A stretch of 54,690 nt of DNA from an uncultured euryarchaeote (GTDB lineage Archaea > Thermoplasmatota > Poseidoniia > Poseidoniales > Poseidoniaceae): the NCBI GenBank assembly GCA_937911345.1, contig CALDPP010000186.1:1-54690 (forward strand). Direction: 5' to 3'. Below the pieces are notes generated by a model, which was not told the DNA's origin, ran no database searches, and was given only the letters and a program-made list of their open reading frames with translations. This document shows positions 28,355 through 37,153 of the stretch, piece after piece. The first letter of the stretch is position 1. Each line of letters opens with the position of its first letter. The position numbers and the translations under genes are program-made.

Positions 28355-28771
28355 TTAATCATCATATCCAAACACAAACCAGCGCATGCTAGCCCAAGTA
28401 AATAATCCCCAAATTAGCATATTTATTACGAATATAATTCGAATCTGCAAATCTAAATTGGACACTAACAATTCGTATGAGATTGTTGATAATGCCCCAC
28501 CTATCGCATAGACTGTAAACGCTCCAAGCATTGTTGTTTTCACATCTTTTCTTCCATCGAAAGTAAAGTATCTGTGGGTAAAGTGTGCAATAGTACAGGA
28601 AATCACCCAAGCAACAGCCCATATTCCAGTCTCAGATAATATTTCTAATGCAGGAGAAATCCGTAATATTTCCCAAAAAATCCAGAATAGTAATGTGTTT
28701 ACTGCGCCAGCGGCGGCAAACCTTCGAATTGTACCTCTTGGTGCTATTGCGGAAAATTGTTCTTTATCCAC
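28355..28771 (-). CDS. GtrA-family membrane protein
   Basis: RFAAAGAVNTLL, HRYFTF, RWFVF; 4 TM. Confidence 0.85.
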   Translation of the reverse strand: MDKEQFSAIAPRGTIRRFAAAGAVNTLLFWIFWEILRISPALEILSETGIWAVAWVISCTIAHFTHRYFTFDGRKDVKTTMLGAFTVYAIGGALSTISYELLVSNLDLQIRIIFVINMLIWGLFTWASMRWFVFGYDD

Positions 28772-28790
28772 AATATCACATCATAGGTAA

Positions 28791-29615
28791 TTAATCATCA
28801 TTGGTTGTCACATCACTAGGTTTACCAGTTAGGATTTCTCGTAATTTGCCGTTATCATTTTGAATTGCTTCGAGCAATTCATACTTACAATCTAGTGATT
28901 CTGCAAGTACTGCTAATGCCTGTGAATCTTTGGGCAAGCACTTGCCACCAAATCCTCGATTCAGTCCAAAAATTGGATCTAGATGCGATTCACCAATAGG
29001 TTGTTCTTGAGGGGTAGTAATTATCTCCCTAATTTTGTACCAATCCTCATCCAAAGCTTGGCAGATATCATACATTTGATTGGCAAATATTACTTTCATC
29101 GCGTAGAAAGTATTCTTTGTGTATTTGACTAACTCAGCCTGTGTTGGGGTGACATGAAACAGGTTCTCATTACGCAATACCCCAGCATCTTTGTGTTGTT
29201 TAAAGACCATTTCTGCAACCTCTTTATGATGTGTTCCGCAAACTAGGATATCTTGGTTAGCAAAATCTTCCAATCTTCTTCGCTCAACCAAGAATTCTGG
29301 TGAATATGCAATCTTTAAATCAGGATATCGATGGTGGAACTGTTCAGTAGTTCCTGGAATGACAGTACTCTTGATTACTGCTGTGAATCCTTCGGGTAAT
29401 GAATCTAGTATTTCTTCAACAATGCTTGTGTCACAGCCTCCGTGAACTGGATGAGGCGGTGTTGGAACTGCGATATACGCAAAATCGACATTGTCGATTA
29501 CGTCACTTAGATTAGTTCCTCTAGCAGGATCGTGAATGTATAGATCATGTGTTTCGCCAAAACAGTGCTCGATGGCTCCACCCACCATACCTGCTCCGAT
29601 TATCCCGATTTTCAT
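28791..29615 (-). CDS. UDP-glucose/GDP-mannose dehydrogenase family, short form lacking C-terminal domain
   Basis: [42 protein letters not shown]; ends at 274 aa. Confidence 0.88.
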   Translation of the reverse strand: MKIGIIGAGMVGGAIEHCFGETHDLYIHDPARGTNLSDVIDNVDFAYIAVPTPPHPVHGGCDTSIVEEILDSLPEGFTAVIKSTVIPGTTEQFHHRYPDLKIAYSPEFLVERRRLEDFANQDILVCGTHHKEVAEMVFKQHKDAGVLRNENLFHVTPTQAELVKYTKNTFYAMKVIFANQMYDICQALDEDWYKIREIITTPQEQPIGESHLDPIFGLNRGFGGKCLPKDSQALAVLAESLDCKYELLEAIQNDNGKLREILTGKPSDVTTNDD

Positions 29616-29657
29616 GTCAACACCATTATTGTTTGAATTCTGTAGATTTTGTTAACT

Positions 29658-30404
29658 TCACTTGAACGGATTTGGGTTCAATTTACCGTCTTTAGCCATA
29701 ATAGAGGCAGCAAGAAGAGACTCAGGAGTGCCACAATCAACCCATGTTTCTTTGCCTATGTTAAGCAATTCAGCTTGTCCTTTTTCGACGTACTTTCGAT
29801 TTACATCTGTAATTGAAAAGTTGCCATCATATTCAATTTGACATTCATCTACTAATGACCAAAATTGTTCATCAAATAGATAGATGCCACCTATTGCAAC
29901 ATTGGAAGGAGGGTGTTCTGGTTTTTCGACGATGTCAATAATTTTTCCATCTCGATCAAATTTTGCTACTCCAAATGCTTGCGGTTGTTCTTCATCTCTC
30001 GATAATAGCAAGCAACCTGGATTTGAATCATGTTTAGTAAACTTCTCAACATGCTCTGCTAGTTCTATTGTGGTGATATTGTCTGAAAAGTAGACTAAAA
30101 GCCGACATGCTTCATTATGCGGTCTTGCTAAATTAAGTGCCTTGGCAACCCCCTCCGGGGTTTCCTCGAGCACGTAGTGAATTTGTTCTCCTGCTAATCC
30201 AGAGCCAACATGTTTGGCAATTTGCCCGATAAATTGGTTTGAGATAATTGTGATATTTTTTATTCCTGCCCGTCTAATTGTTCCTAAAGCATAATCGATT
30301 ACCGGCCTATCGTAGATTGGTAACAGTGTTTTTTGGGTTATTTTGGTAAAGGGGTACAATCTACTCCCGTGGCCACCAGCCACCAAGATTGCCTTTACCT
30401 TCAT
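29658..30404 (-). CDS. Glucose-1-phosphate thymidylyltransferase-like nucleotidyltransferase
   Basis: AGGHGSRLYPFT, LLPIYDRP, FGVA, VEKP, WVDCGT. Confidence 0.85.
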   Translation of the reverse strand: MKVKAILVAGGHGSRLYPFTKITQKTLLPIYDRPVIDYALGTIRRAGIKNITIISNQFIGQIAKHVGSGLAGEQIHYVLEETPEGVAKALNLARPHNEACRLLVYFSDNITTIELAEHVEKFTKHDSNPGCLLLSRDEEQPQAFGVAKFDRDGKIIDIVEKPEHPPSNVAIGGIYLFDEQFWSLVDECQIEYDGNFSITDVNRKYVEKGQAELLNIGKETWVDCGTPESLLAASIMAKDGKLNPNPFK

Positions 30405-30425
30405 GTCTTAGTCTAAGTAGGAGTC

Positions 30426-31091
30426 CTATATTTGGTTTCCTTCCTTTTTTTCATACAGGCGTTCAACAGCATCATCTTGTTTATTTTTTTCAAACCAACC
30501 AGTTTTAATTAAATCACCTAGGTTTTCAACGCCTGCTTCGATTAAATCCTTGTCCATCGATTCTGATTTGGACCATTGTTCAGCAGCAATTTCTGATTGA
30601 ATCTTGTCGGCAATTCTGATCATTTTCTCGTTATCTGTACTAATCGTTTCCACATTGTCAAAATCCCGGTTTGCCATTGCATCAATGCGCGTACCATGAG
30701 TGGAGAAGTCCTTGTTATCTTTATCAAAAGCTGGGCCTTTTTCATCTCCTCCTCTAATTCTAAGGTAAGCAGAATTGGGATAATTAGATTGTTTGGTTCC
30801 TGTTTGATTGTTAGCAAACCCATCATCAGCAAACTCCTTCGTTTGCAAATCGTTGAGTAAAAATTCAGTCTTTTTTTGATAGATTCTCTCAATTGAGTTA
30901 TCGGCAATCATCATGATAACTGGAATCAGAACTATTGCTAGGAAAATTACCGGATCAGGAATAATGAAGCCATATAGTATCAAGAGAATCGATGTTGTAG
31001 AACTCAAGATAGCAATCTTGGCCAATCCTTTAACGATTTTTGCCTGAGACTCTAGCCGTGAAACGTCAAGACCATTGTTCATATTTGCCAC
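30426..31091 (-). CDS. Hypothetical membrane protein (2 TM plus hydrophilic tail)
   Basis: 221-aa ORF tightly packed in the minus-strand run. Confidence 0.7.
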   Translation of the reverse strand: MANMNNGLDVSRLESQAKIVKGLAKIAILSSTTSILLILYGFIIPDPVIFLAIVLIPVIMMIADNSIERIYQKKTEFLLNDLQTKEFADDGFANNQTGTKQSNYPNSAYLRIRGGDEKGPAFDKDNKDFSTHGTRIDAMANRDFDNVETISTDNEKMIRIADKIQSEIAAEQWSKSESMDKDLIEAGVENLGDLIKTGWFEKNKQDDAVERLYEKKEGNQI

Positions 31092-31403
31092 TTAGCCAAT
31101 AATTTTATTCAATTTGTTGATTAAATCTGGATTATCTAATTCAGATTGTTGCCAATTCAAAGATTTCATCGCCAATATTTTTCTTGCTTGAATTGAATTA
31201 TCCATTCGCTCATGAGCAAATTGGCCCAGTAAACCACAAATTAGCAAGCATGCTAATCCAAAATACCAGGATGTGATTAGCGATATAGCAATCGAAATTA
31301 ACACTATATTGACAACAACTATGACCACTTTTTGCTTTAATTTTCGCTCAGAGTCGATTGCATCAATACATAGTTGAGCCGCTTGTTTTTTGGTTAAGGT
31401 CAT
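31092..31403 (-). CDS. Hypothetical membrane protein (2 TM)
   Basis: ORF abutting neighbours; start moved to ATG 31403 after GAGG. Confidence 0.65.
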   Translation of the reverse strand: MTLTKKQAAQLCIDAIDSERKLKQKVVIVVVNIVLISIAISLITSWYFGLACLLICGLLGQFAHERMDNSIQARKILAMKSLNWQQSELDNPDLINKLNKIIG

Positions 31404-31416
31404 TGCAAATCCTCGA

Positions 31417-32019
31417 TTAGATAGTAATGAAACAATCATCCTCGATTTCAATTATTGCTCCACTCATTAGTAAATGCTCAATTGCTTCATCAATTTCTTC
31501 AAAAGAAATACCGGCTTTATCTAGTTCTGTAACAATTACTTCTAAGGTTGCAGAATCTTTACCTTTTGCTAATTCTTCATCAATTACTATCATTAGATTT
31601 TGGCAGGCAACCGCAAGTAGAGGATCATCACCTTGGTCATTGGGTAATAAGTCAAGGAATGCGCTTACTGGGTGAGTTTCGGAGAACTCTTCATCATTGC
31701 TTACGGCTCGTGAACCAAGTCCGACAATACTTTTGTCATATTCAATGCTAAAGCAATCAAACAAGTTAGTTTGGTTTGCTGGTAGGTTTTCTTTCTCCGG
31801 GGTTGAGATGCGATTTTTTATGTCAGTTATGCGTTTTAGTCTCTGCTCAGCGGATTTTAACTCAACTTCCAATTCACTTGAAATTAATTCTAAACTTGAA
31901 TTTGCTTGATTTCGTAACCAGTCTTCTAAGTTCCAGTGAGGGTCAATTCCGGCCATAACCTCACACAGTTTCTGAACCTCTGCTGGCATTGTATCAACAT
32001 GGAGCCTGTTGTCCCTCAT
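31417..32019 (-). CDS. Hypothetical protein: coiled coil, PIP-box-like motif, C-terminal winged helix
   Basis: QTNLFDCF; EEIDEAIEHLLMSGAIIEIEDDCFITI; start moved to ATG 32019. Confidence 0.72.
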   Translation of the reverse strand: MRDNRLHVDTMPAEVQKLCEVMAGIDPHWNLEDWLRNQANSSLELISSELEVELKSAEQRLKRITDIKNRISTPEKENLPANQTNLFDCFSIEYDKSIVGLGSRAVSNDEEFSETHPVSAFLDLLPNDQGDDPLLAVACQNLMIVIDEELAKGKDSATLEVIVTELDKAGISFEEIDEAIEHLLMSGAIIEIEDDCFITI

Positions 32020-32088
32020 AACTTGACTGTACTCTTGACAGCCTATGAAGAATATCATCAAAATAGTATGGCAATAATGGTAATTCAA

Positions 32089-32721
32089 CTATGATTCAGC
32101 AAGTTTACCCGTTGTTCTATTCTTCCATTCCTGCTCAAATTGTTGCCATAATTCTTGCTCAACCTGAGCCCTGATTTCTTGCTCAAGCCTAGGGGTTAGT
32201 TCAGCTATCAGGGCTTCTTGAATTTCAATTGCCATAGAATTGATTGTTCTCGTTTCCGTTTCTGCAATCAGTTCATTACGTTCAATTTCACTCAGACCTG
32301 CTGATGCTACCTGTTTTTGTTGATTGCGGTTAACCTCAGCTACGACGATTTTTTCAATTTCTGACATCAGTTTACCAACAACAGCCAATTCCCAATTTTC
32401 TTTTGGTTGTGGTAGGTTTAATTTTGCGGTTTGATTTCTTAGATTTTGTACAATCCTCGCTCTCACTGGGTTGCCAATTTCGAATTCATGCGCTCCAGAA
32501 ACAAAACCAACAAGACAATCCAACCATTCATCGTGACTTATTTCTGAACCACACCCGGGACAACCAGTCAATGAATCATCCACTTCGATATTATCTGTTG
32601 GTTGATATTTATCTTCCTTGGTTCTTCTTCTTACTGGTGCAGATGTGTCATCAATGTCGAATGAGATGTTCGTTCCAAATGTTCCTTTCCTTGGACTATT
32701 ACCTAGTTCTCTTCCCATCAT
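32089..32721 (-). CDS. Hypothetical protein with CxxC and C-terminal coiled coil
   Basis: CPGCG...H...C and E/Q-rich helix; start at ATG 32721 or 32718. Confidence 0.7.
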   Translation of the reverse strand: MMGRELGNSPRKGTFGTNISFDIDDTSAPVRRRTKEDKYQPTDNIEVDDSLTGCPGCGSEISHDEWLDCLVGFVSGAHEFEIGNPVRARIVQNLRNQTAKLNLPQPKENWELAVVGKLMSEIEKIVVAEVNRNQQKQVASAGLSEIERNELIAETETRTINSMAIEIQEALIAELTPRLEQEIRAQVEQELWQQFEQEWKNRTTGKLAES

Positions 32722-32796
32722 TTTCAAAATATACTCAACGTTTGAAAATAAAACATTTATGCCGACAAAACTCAGTTTGAGCGTTATTGTAGACAA

Positions 32797-33540
32797 TCAT
32801 GAATAATTCGAGGCGATTATGTTCAAGCTTTGTTGAAGGTTATGATTGTTGATAAAACCGATGTCAATCTCTAAATTATCTTCATTTTCAATAATTTTTA
32901 GCATATTATCTGCAACTCTAGATATTTCGTCAACTATTGTTATTGACGCCATTTTTGCTGACCTAGAAAGCGGATTTAGGTCTACAACAATCACAGTTTT
33001 ACCCATATTGACCAAGGCTTCACATCTATCACCATCTTCCAGCGGAACTAGAATTACATCACTCGAAAATATGCCCTCATGGCAACATTTTGCTCGCGGC
33101 CCCTCGAGGCCAGGAATTTTTGCATCAGGACTTTCACCCAAAATAGTGGTAGTAATGCCGTGCTCCTGCTTGATGTCCTCAAGATGTTTGAGCATGGCTG
33201 AAATTCTGTCATCTGTTCGATAAAATATATTGATTTCAACAGGGCAATTAAGGTAATTTGCAATCTGCATCAACTCCTTACCAGCAAGCGCTGCAGTATT
33301 GCCATTGATTGTGATGATTGGGCGTTTCGCAGCGCTTAGATGGGCTAGAGCATTTTTTGTAGCAAGAAAGGCGTTTTCAGAAGTCTTCTCGCCGAGCAGG
33401 TAATCGAAAGCTTCGCCCCGACCATGAGCAATTAATGCACTATCTGCCAACATCCCCCTGCTGGCTGCAATTTCTAAGTTATGCCTTTTTAGCAATGACT
33501 CGTATCTAGGGTGACTTTTGTCGGCGGTAAACTCCCCCAT
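32797..33540 (-). CDS. pps: Phosphopantothenate synthetase (archaeal PPS)
   Basis: HPRYESL, IAHGRGEAFDYLLGE, NGNTAAL, VPLEDGDR, DLNPLSR. Confidence 0.93.
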   Translation of the reverse strand: MGEFTADKSHPRYESLLKRHNLEIAASRGMLADSALIAHGRGEAFDYLLGEKTSENAFLATKNALAHLSAAKRPIITINGNTAALAGKELMQIANYLNCPVEINIFYRTDDRISAMLKHLEDIKQEHGITTTILGESPDAKIPGLEGPRAKCCHEGIFSSDVILVPLEDGDRCEALVNMGKTVIVVDLNPLSRSAKMASITIVDEISRVADNMLKIIENEDNLEIDIGFINNHNLQQSLNIIASNYS

Positions 33541-34479
33541 TCAATCACCAACAATCATCGAGATGTCAAGTGGTTTGACGCCTCTATTTATTGCACTTGT
33601 CGAGATTACATCGACGCCACATTCAAACCATTCATCTAATGTTTCGAAAGTAATGTTTCCACTTGCTTCTAACAAAACAGCATTTCTAAGTCCCATGTCC
33701 TCTAATTGAGCGACCATTTCTTTACATCGTTCTGGTCCGAAATTATCTAACATCACAACTAGTTTTCCATCAATTCCTTGGTGTGACTGTTGCCACATAG
33801 CAGCAGCAGTAATCGCTTCCTTTTCATTTCTCACCTCAATCTCAATGAATGATTCAAGTTGGCTTAGGTCCAGCGACTGTATAAGTTCAGCAATTTTTTT
33901 CTCATTTCCATCATCTGAATCTCCCATCGATGCCAAGTCATTCTCTTTAATCATCAAAGCATCATTTCTCGTTAACCTATGAGTCAATCCTCCTCCCAAA
34001 TGAACGGCCCACTTATCTAGCAGCCCCCAAGTGGTTTTTCTGGTACATGCAATTTGCTTTGCTGCCTTACTTGCCCACTTCTTTGTTTCTGTTGCAATTC
34101 CCGATAAGTGTCCGAGGATATTCAAAATACTTCTTTCAATCAATAGAATCGTTTCACGACATCCGGTTAAGTTAGCGATTTCTTCACCATTAGATACTTT
34201 CTTTCCGTCGGAAGCACGCCAATTAACTTGGATAGACGGTGCCCAAATTTGAATCAAATGATCAACCATTGCAGTACCTGCAACAATTCCATCACCTTTG
34301 GCTATGATTGTTGCATCAATTGTTTCACTAGAGCCAAACATAGGGTTGTCGATATCGTCATCAGCAAGAATTGCAGTAACCCACCTATCCATACTCGACA
34401 ACAGCATCCTACTTACGCCATCTTCCGCTGTCCAAAGTAAATGCCCCCTGTCATGTGGTATCATCGCACCTCCGGCCAT
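33541..34479 (-). CDS. nadC: Quinolinate phosphoribosyltransferase
   Basis: ERSILN, SGIAT, TRKT, GGGLTHR, EIEV, MLDN, EASGNI. Confidence 0.9.
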   Translation of the reverse strand: MAGGAMIPHDRGHLLWTAEDGVSRMLLSSMDRWVTAILADDDIDNPMFGSSETIDATIIAKGDGIVAGTAMVDHLIQIWAPSIQVNWRASDGKKVSNGEEIANLTGCRETILLIERSILNILGHLSGIATETKKWASKAAKQIACTRKTTWGLLDKWAVHLGGGLTHRLTRNDALMIKENDLASMGDSDDGNEKKIAELIQSLDLSQLESFIEIEVRNEKEAITAAAMWQQSHQGIDGKLVVMLDNFGPERCKEMVAQLEDMGLRNAVLLEASGNITFETLDEWFECGVDVISTSAINRGVKPLDISMIVGD

Positions 34480-34583
34480 GATTCGCCTAACTATTACTTG
34501 ATTTTCAATTACACCCTTATTTTTCCAATCGTTTGTAGTAATTTGATAAAATATTTCAAATCAATTGAACAGGTGGGAATACT

Positions 34584-35552
34584 ATGGAGAAAGAGTATAT
34601 TTCACATATAGGTGGCCATATTACTCTATTTTTCACAGTTGAAAAGGAAGGTCGTTTACTACGTAATCAAGGTAGTCGCGGAGTTGGATTAAATATTCAA
34701 CACGGAGTAAAGGTCAAATTAGCAATCAAACAAAAGAACGCCAATATCAACGATACTACAATTTCTGTTACTGACTTGAAAGGCGATCAGATGATTAATT
34801 CAGATATATTTTATCGGGGTTTAATTGATGATTTAGTCCACGCAAAATTGTTGGATGATAACACCTCATTTGACATTGCAGTTTCTCTTGAACTGCCAAC
34901 TAGTCAAGGTTTCGGCATGTCAGCTGCTGGACTTATTGCCGTAGCTTTGGCTTTCCGCGAATACACTAAGCGAGGCAATCTTGACCAATATTATCGTATA
35001 TGCCATAGAATTGAGCGACAAAACGGATCTGGTTTAGGGGATGTGTTGGGCATCTATGCTGGCGGTGTCGAGATAAGACTACAACCTGGCGCGCCCGGAG
35101 CATCTGGGACCAGTCTCGGATTCAAGTGTAAACAACCAATAATTTTGGTTTGGCAACCAAAAGAATCCCGTCACACATCAAAGTACATCAATGACGAAAA
35201 TTGGCAAACGAAAATCACTAAAGCAGGGCATAAGGCATTGAATAACATAAAAAATGGTCCATGGAATCATTCTCGCTGGAAGGACATTTTAGACCAGTCG
35301 AGTAACTTTTGCCATGAGTCAGAATTAATTTTTGAAACTGAGCGAAAGCGTTTGTTAGATAATGTGAGAAAAATAGTCCGTTCCTTGGACTTACAATCAT
35401 ATGTTAGCATCCGGCTTTGTATGTTGGGTACATCTTGCGTAATTCTGCCACGGAGATTAGACCGTATGCTTTCCCCGGATGAATTAGATTTATTGCACAC
35501 AAAAATTAGTGAAAACGACTTGGAGTCATTAATTTCAGCAATAGATTCGTGA
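34584..35552 (+). CDS. pok: Pantoate kinase (GHMP kinase)
   Basis: GHITLFF, GSRGVG, PTSQGFGMSAA, SGLGDV, GGVEIR...GAPG; near pps. Confidence 0.88.
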   Translation: MEKEYISHIGGHITLFFTVEKEGRLLRNQGSRGVGLNIQHGVKVKLAIKQKNANINDTTISVTDLKGDQMINSDIFYRGLIDDLVHAKLLDDNTSFDIAVSLELPTSQGFGMSAAGLIAVALAFREYTKRGNLDQYYRICHRIERQNGSGLGDVLGIYAGGVEIRLQPGAPGASGTSLGFKCKQPIILVWQPKESRHTSKYINDENWQTKITKAGHKALNNIKNGPWNHSRWKDILDQSSNFCHESELIFETERKRLLDNVRKIVRSLDLQSYVSIRLCMLGTSCVILPRRLDRMLSPDELDLLHTKISENDLESLISAIDS

Positions 35553-35554
35553 AA

Positions 35555-36583
35555 TCAAGCCATTTTTGAGAGGTCTAGATTTTCAGCGTCAAGCATTAGA
35601 CAACCTGGAATGAACAGATTTTCACTAAACCCATGCCGATACACTACAGCACCACTCCCCCATTCTTCGATGTATCTTGACATCTGTTTAGTCATCTTCT
35701 TTCTTTGAAATGACACATCAGCTCCATAGAAGTGCTTTGCATCAATCCATGCAACGGGTTGTCCGTTTATTTCAACATGGTCGAGAAATAGAATGTCGGG
35801 GGTATTTATTGGTCTACCATGCTCTAATCTTTGTTCAGAAACCATCTCGTTTTGACGTCTCAAGTTGACTCCTCTAGATTCAAACCAATCAGCAAGGACC
35901 TCCTCGAATAAATCGGCTCTTGAATGAGTCTCAGATTGATCAACATTCGAAACCCTATCAGCAGCCTCAGCCTTTTCAAACTCTTCCTGCTCTCGCTTTT
36001 TCATTTTACTTGGTTCCCTCAAGCACTCCTTGATTCGGGATTTTGACCATCTCTTCTCTGCAAGAATAATGCGAAAAATATTCATTGGTGGAAAGTCAAA
36101 TCTCTTTGAAAGGTCAACTACACTAACCCCTTCGTTGTATAATCTAAACAATGATTTTGCCTTGGATTTTAATCTACCGTGACTGTAAACCGTTTTTTGT
36201 TGAAGTAACGCTGAGCGCAATGATAAGGCTTGGTCTAGATTCATATTTTTACCATTAACAAATTGGCCGATTTCATCTACTCGGCTATCCTCAAGCCAAC
36301 CAAACTCTCCTTTTTTTACTACAAATTTTGCTAATGCTTCCTCATCTTTTAGCGGAACAGGATTTGTTTGCCATTCGAATTTGTGATTTTTAGGTGAGGG
36401 TAATTCATCTGGAAAACCCATTACTCGCTCTTCTCGGTCAAATCTTTCATTAGCTCTAGTTTCCACTTCTTCGATGTAGTCTTTACTTCTCTCAAGTAGT
36501 ACTGATTTCTTGGTTGTACCATAACGTTTAGGCCTTTGGTGCCGTTGTGACCGAGATTTTTTACGTGGTTTGTCTGTTGTCAC
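35555..36583 (-). CDS. TPD-domain PD-(D/E)xK nuclease, CDIN1/C15orf41-like
   Basis: FEEVL, TPDILF, WIDAKHFYG, Q..RY...WGSGAVVY..GF. Confidence 0.8.
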   Translation of the reverse strand: MTTDKPRKKSRSQRHQRPKRYGTTKKSVLLERSKDYIEEVETRANERFDREERVMGFPDELPSPKNHKFEWQTNPVPLKDEEALAKFVVKKGEFGWLEDSRVDEIGQFVNGKNMNLDQALSLRSALLQQKTVYSHGRLKSKAKSLFRLYNEGVSVVDLSKRFDFPPMNIFRIILAEKRWSKSRIKECLREPSKMKKREQEEFEKAEAADRVSNVDQSETHSRADLFEEVLADWFESRGVNLRRQNEMVSEQRLEHGRPINTPDILFLDHVEINGQPVAWIDAKHFYGADVSFQRKKMTKQMSRYIEEWGSGAVVYRHGFSENLFIPGCLMLDAENLDLSKMA

Positions 36584-36620
36584 AATAATGCCTTACCGGC
36601 GACATCATTTGAACTATCGG

Positions 36621-37151
36621 TTATTCAGTTTGTTTTATTTTAACATCATGTTCTAGATGATAGTCAATTACTCCATGGGTTGTCAAATCATCAAAGATTT
36701 GCTTTACAATTCTTCTTGCGATACGGTTACCGAAGCCAAGAATACGGCTTAGTCGCGAAATTTCCCACCATGCCGTGAACTCAACTCCGCCATCCTCATT
36801 ATGTAACAAAGTAATATCGAGAGTTAGAGTTTTAATCGCTAGGGCAGAGGTTCTACCGTTTACCTTCTGACCTTGCCAATTAATGATTATTTGACAGAAT
36901 CTAGGGTCGACTCCTTCGTTGATTTCAGCAATTATCCACATGTCTTCAATTAATTGTTGCGCGACAACTCTATGCAGATCAATCCGCTGTCCTAACTTTA
37001 GTTTACCATGCGATTCAGATAATATCCGATTTGCAAACTTATTCCACATTGGCCAGTTATCCAAATCCATGATATTATGCTCTATGGTTTGCAACTGGTT
37101 TACCGGTATTGACTTTCTCAGCACCATATTGGGTCGCGGCATAATTACCAC
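36621..37151 (-). CDS. SRPBCC/START-like fold hypothetical protein
   Basis: IMDLDNWPMWN motif and C-terminal long helix. Confidence 0.55.
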   Translation of the reverse strand: MVIMPRPNMVLRKSIPVNQLQTIEHNIMDLDNWPMWNKFANRILSESHGKLKLGQRIDLHRVVAQQLIEDMWIIAEINEGVDPRFCQIIINWQGQKVNGRTSALAIKTLTLDITLLHNEDGGVEFTAWWEISRLSRILGFGNRIARRIVKQIFDDLTTHGVIDYHLEHDVKIKQTE

Positions 37152-37153
37152 AC

